Of a DNA stretch of 64,000 nucleotides, positions 60,532 through 64,000 are shown piece by piece. Positions within the stretch are counted from its first letter, which is position 1. Each line of letters opens with the position of its first letter. The notes beneath the pieces are model-generated. The model worked only from the letters and a program-made list of their open reading frames with translations, did no database searches and had not been told where the DNA came from. This stretch comes from Klebsormidium nitens (lineage: Eukaryota; Plantae; Klebsormidiophyceae), in assembly GCA_000708835.1 (NCBI GenBank), contig DF237001.1:62001-126000 (forward strand). Reading direction: 5' to 3'. Both the position numbers and the translations under genes were made by a program.

Positions 60532-63500
60532 TTACTTGATGGCACACTCCTGGGTGCAGACCGCCTCCTCGAAGCAGCCCCGTGGACCGGGGCTAAAAGA
60601 GTGGTTCCCATATCCGCCGTACTTGGGCGATTTGAAAAGGTCCCACACTTGAGGGTCCGCCTGCGACGCCTGGCCGGTTGAAAAGGGCGGCTGGGGGTCG
60701 TACTGGATCACCATCTGTGCCCACCTGCCGTGGTAGGAATTTTCGTGGCTGGTTACTGGTAGTTTTGGTTGTTAAACAGGCTCTCCCTCCTGACCCTTCA
60801 ATGTAGGTGGGCTCGTAAGTGTGATGGATCGATAGAAATGCGTCATGGCGAGGGCACGTGCCTAGCTTCGACGGCTGCTAAACCGTAACCTACCTCGCCA
60901 ACGGTAACCTACCTTGCCAAACCGTCAAAGGGCATGCATCAATGCATGACCGCGCACTTAAAACACTGGACGTTTGGAAGCCCAGTAAGTGACTCGCTTC
61001 ACTTGCACGTCAAAGACAGGTGAGGGGGGCTACTGACGAGTTGTGTGCGGCCAGAGAGAAAGTTCCGTTGCAAAGAACCTCCATTGATGAGAATGAGTAT
61101 GGGTCCGCTCATAATCTCACTTGGAGGACAACAAAGACAAGCAAGGGACCCGCAAGTTGCTGTCGCCTACCCATTGCTGTAGACCTCACAGCCGCTTCTT
61201 CTGACCGTTGAGTTGTGCGTAAAGCTACGAGGGACAACAACGGGGATGTTTGTTTTTCACGTTTGTAAAACGGGCCCTCTGGTCGCTCACCTTGCGGTAA
61301 CTTCGTCGGTGAGAAGGGACGCCAGATAGATCGCCGCGTCGATGCCGGCCGATACGCCCGCGCTGCTGATAAGCTTCCCGTCCTTGAAGTAGCGCGCACC
61401 TGCAGTCGCACTCAGGAATTCCTGGTCCTTAACCATGGGTGGTTCTAGGCTGCATATGTGCCTACCAGCAGGTTCTTAACCGGTTGACTGTCCATTGACC
61501 AGGCTCGGGCGGTAACCAGCCTTAAAACAAGGTTACAGACCGGTTCATAATCCATTAACGGGTTGATTGTTCATTGACTCAACTCAGCGGCCCTCTCGGT
61601 AACGCGTCTGCTTTCTATGCCTTCGGGTAACTAAGTTGGGATAAGCCTCGCCCCCCCTGAAAAGGGAGTGTCCAGGTGTTGGGGCATAAAAGATGGTCGC
61701 TAGACAATTGTTAATGTGGTCGTCAATGGATAGTTCTTAATCACAACGCATATGGTATTTGTACTATTTCAAGTTTTTGCAGCTATCCGAGTAAAACGGA
61801 CATTTGGATACTCACGAAAAGAAGCAGAACTCCGAGAAGGGAAAGCTCACGTGCGTAATGGGCCCCAAACTGGGCAAGCTGATCGTAGACTGCCCAATGG
61901 GTGGCCATTACCTTCCCCTTCGTAAGTCCTGCAACGAACACCAGTGGCCGCAGTCAAACCGTTCCTTCGTTTGAGCCGCAAGAACAACTGAAGCAGCCCC
62001 TGATGTTGCTCCAGACACACGCTTAAACCGTGCTTTGAGATCTTTTACGAGAAAGCTTCTTGCACAACATTAAGTTTGCTTCATCCGAATGGAGCTTCTA
62101 GGCACTCTAGCGGATGATGCAACCTGGAAGCTGGTTCAAGTTAACTTAACTTAACCTATGAGAAGGCGGATTTTGCAGCGTACCAGAGGGGCCGATCAGA
62201 ACCGCTCCTGTGCAGACCGTGGTCGTGTATATGGTCGTCTCGTCGGCCTTTTGCAGCCAGTTTATGAACCTCTGCGCAAAGAGTGTGAACAAAGGGTCCT
62301 AAGCTGGCGCAAACCTTCATAGCCCGGCGTAGAAGTGTTGATAAGCTCTCTACTGAAAAGAAGGAACCACGCACAAGATGGTGCTGAAATGGAGCAGGAC
62401 ACTGTAGGAAGGTTTGCACGTTGCTGAGCTTGCAGGTCGACAATCGATTGGGGCAAAATTGTGGGCACTGATCTGCACTGTGGTTGAAAAAAGGGATTGC
62501 AACAAATTGCTTGTGGCAACAGAGAGCAAGCTGTCCTGCAGCCGACCTTGCTGATTATCCGACCTAATCCTCTAATCACGTTCTGCGCTCAGTATTCGGT
62601 GTTTTTAAGCAAAGCTCCAGAGATTACTAATGAGATTGAGAGTGCATGTACTTAGCCCTTGCCATCCAAATATGAGAAGACTGTCAGAAGAGCTGTTCTT
62701 CAGAGGTCGCTCACATGCACTTCTGGCAATCTTGCTCTCAGTATCACCCTCCAAATCCTTGTCCCTTCGGCTTTGGGATCCTACTTGCCCCGGAGTATGG
62801 GACACATAGCGTCAAAGAAGCACGCACGCTTTCTTGCCTTGTCGTAGCCGTACGTGTTGTTCGACCCCCCCGGAACCAGAAGCACGTCAGGCCTTGGCAC
62901 GTCGTCAAAGCTGTAGTCTGCCACCAGACCCAAAGTTCCCTGAGTGTCTCGGATGACCGTGCCGGCCTTATCCCTGCAAGAGACGGGTGGTGATGTTAAG
63001 CTCCTGGAATCAAGTATAGCATGATTTTGACATCAAAGATTTTGGCTGTAGACTACCATGCCTAAACCTCTGTATAGACGAGTGCCACTCATACTTTGCT
63101 TGAAAGAAAACAAGACCTCAGCAGCTAACATGTTGAGAACCTTGCTGCTGGGAGACAATTAGACTTTACGAACGGAAATTCAAGGCCTCTCGGGGTTGAC
63201 TCTAGGAAGTAGTAAGCACAAGTCTCTGGCTGAATGCACCGACCATTGGCTTAGGGTGTTGAAAAACGAAGTGTTGGTTGATACCATTTGACTACCGATG
63301 TTAGGCAACCTAAACTGCTTCAAAGACAACGTCCGCCCACCAATCGCGAGCCTGTGACGCAACTTCCAAAACAGCCCTCTAGCTACCCAACTAGCATCAA
63401 CCAGAGAGAATTGCAGTGTGCGCGTGAGAGGGGCCTTCAGACCTTGAATTGACCCATGGTGACATGCTGACTGCAGGATTACCATCGTTGAGGGTGAACG

Positions 63501-63877
63501 CTGCCAGCAGCAACTAGGGTCCTCCAAGTCCTCTGGTCATATACGGTGAGCTTTCTTTCACATTTGTGTCAGGCTTAAGAACAGGGGCTTAAATGTTGAA
63601 ACGTTGGAAATGCATAATGCATTGATCGAATGAGGGCAGGACAGGGAACTCATTCCCTGAAGTAGCAGAGAGCGATCGTACTTCTTGAAGCAAAGAGTGG
63701 CCCAAACTCCTGAACCACGTGCCTAGCTGAGGCTGGCCAGCTAGGAGCTCACCCCACAAACTTCACCACGACGTTGGGCAGCCGGTGGAGAACCTCATAC
63801 GGCCCGACCACGTCCAGCATCGTCATGTTGTGGTACAGAACCATCGCGACCACCAGGGGCGCAAAGCCAGCTGCCAT
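60532..63877 (-). CDS. DJ-1/PfpI family protein, isonitrile hydratase (InhA/ICH)-like; exons 63753-63877, 62838-62973, 62184-62271, 61851-61928, 61291-61399, 60532-60724; may extend 5'
   Basis: The spliced product has LYHNMTMLDVVGPYEVL, PDVLLVPGG, nucleophile elbow TVCTGA, ATHW, DGKLISSAGVSAGID and C-terminal QYDPQPPF. One GC-AG intron. All phases are consistent. Confidence 0.92.
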
Positions 63878-64000
63878 GTGCACGCGCTTACAAGCCACCG
63901 CCAATCGACCGACTGGTCCACTGCCGCTGTGAATGTTGACCTGCTTATGGGCGGACGAGGAACATCATTTCAATCGAGCTGGGATTGTGGCAGAGGGGAA

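Noticed and set aside
60885-61580. Short direct repeats (gtaacctacct.gccaa x2; aac.ggttga.tgt.cattgac x2) in DJ-1 introns
   Set aside because: Two-copy, short and degenerate, with no terminal inverted repeats or target-site duplication to call a mobile element.
1-64000. CRISPR array, rRNA, tRNA or autonomous transposon; bacterial contamination
   Set aside because: No regularly spaced repeat-spacer array, RNA-gene signature or RT/transposase/integrase motif was seen. The bacterial-type genes all carry spliceosomal introns. Most short ORFs in the track are antisense or intronic noise.

Overview
Eukaryotic, intron-rich nuclear DNA with one 94-nt N gap. Gene models were built by hand from GT/GC-AG sites and frame checks. 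Several genes have land-plant-type orthologues (AIPP3-like, plastid RluA synthase, DUF3754), which suggests a streptophyte green alga such as Klebsormidium (inference). About 13 genes, in order: aldehyde oxidase/xanthine dehydrogenase 5' end, PAAT/DUF4506-like protein, MYND-finger protein, a multi-exon unknown with a possible Cet1/CYTH-like barrel, a small Cys/His protein (plus its frameshifted paralogue at 4.7-5.2 kb), an intronless F-box protein, RluA-type pseudouridine synthase, bacterial-type tandem GNAT, DUF3754, BAH-TFIIS (AIPP3-like), SF3B6/p14, DUF1853 and an isonitrile-hydratase-like DJ-1/PfpI protein. There are no prokaryotic features, rRNA, tRNA, CRISPR or recognisable transposase. 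The most unusual signal is a recurring 'exon echo': in three unrelated genes a splice site plus the adjacent 20-85 nt of exon is tandemly repeated inside the neighbouring intron. The copies are diverged, enriched in synonymous/third-position changes, and lead to premature stops. Other notable items are a 44-bp fold-back with two competing arms and three bacterial-type genes that carry spliceosomal introns. All family assignments come from recalled motifs, not database searches.
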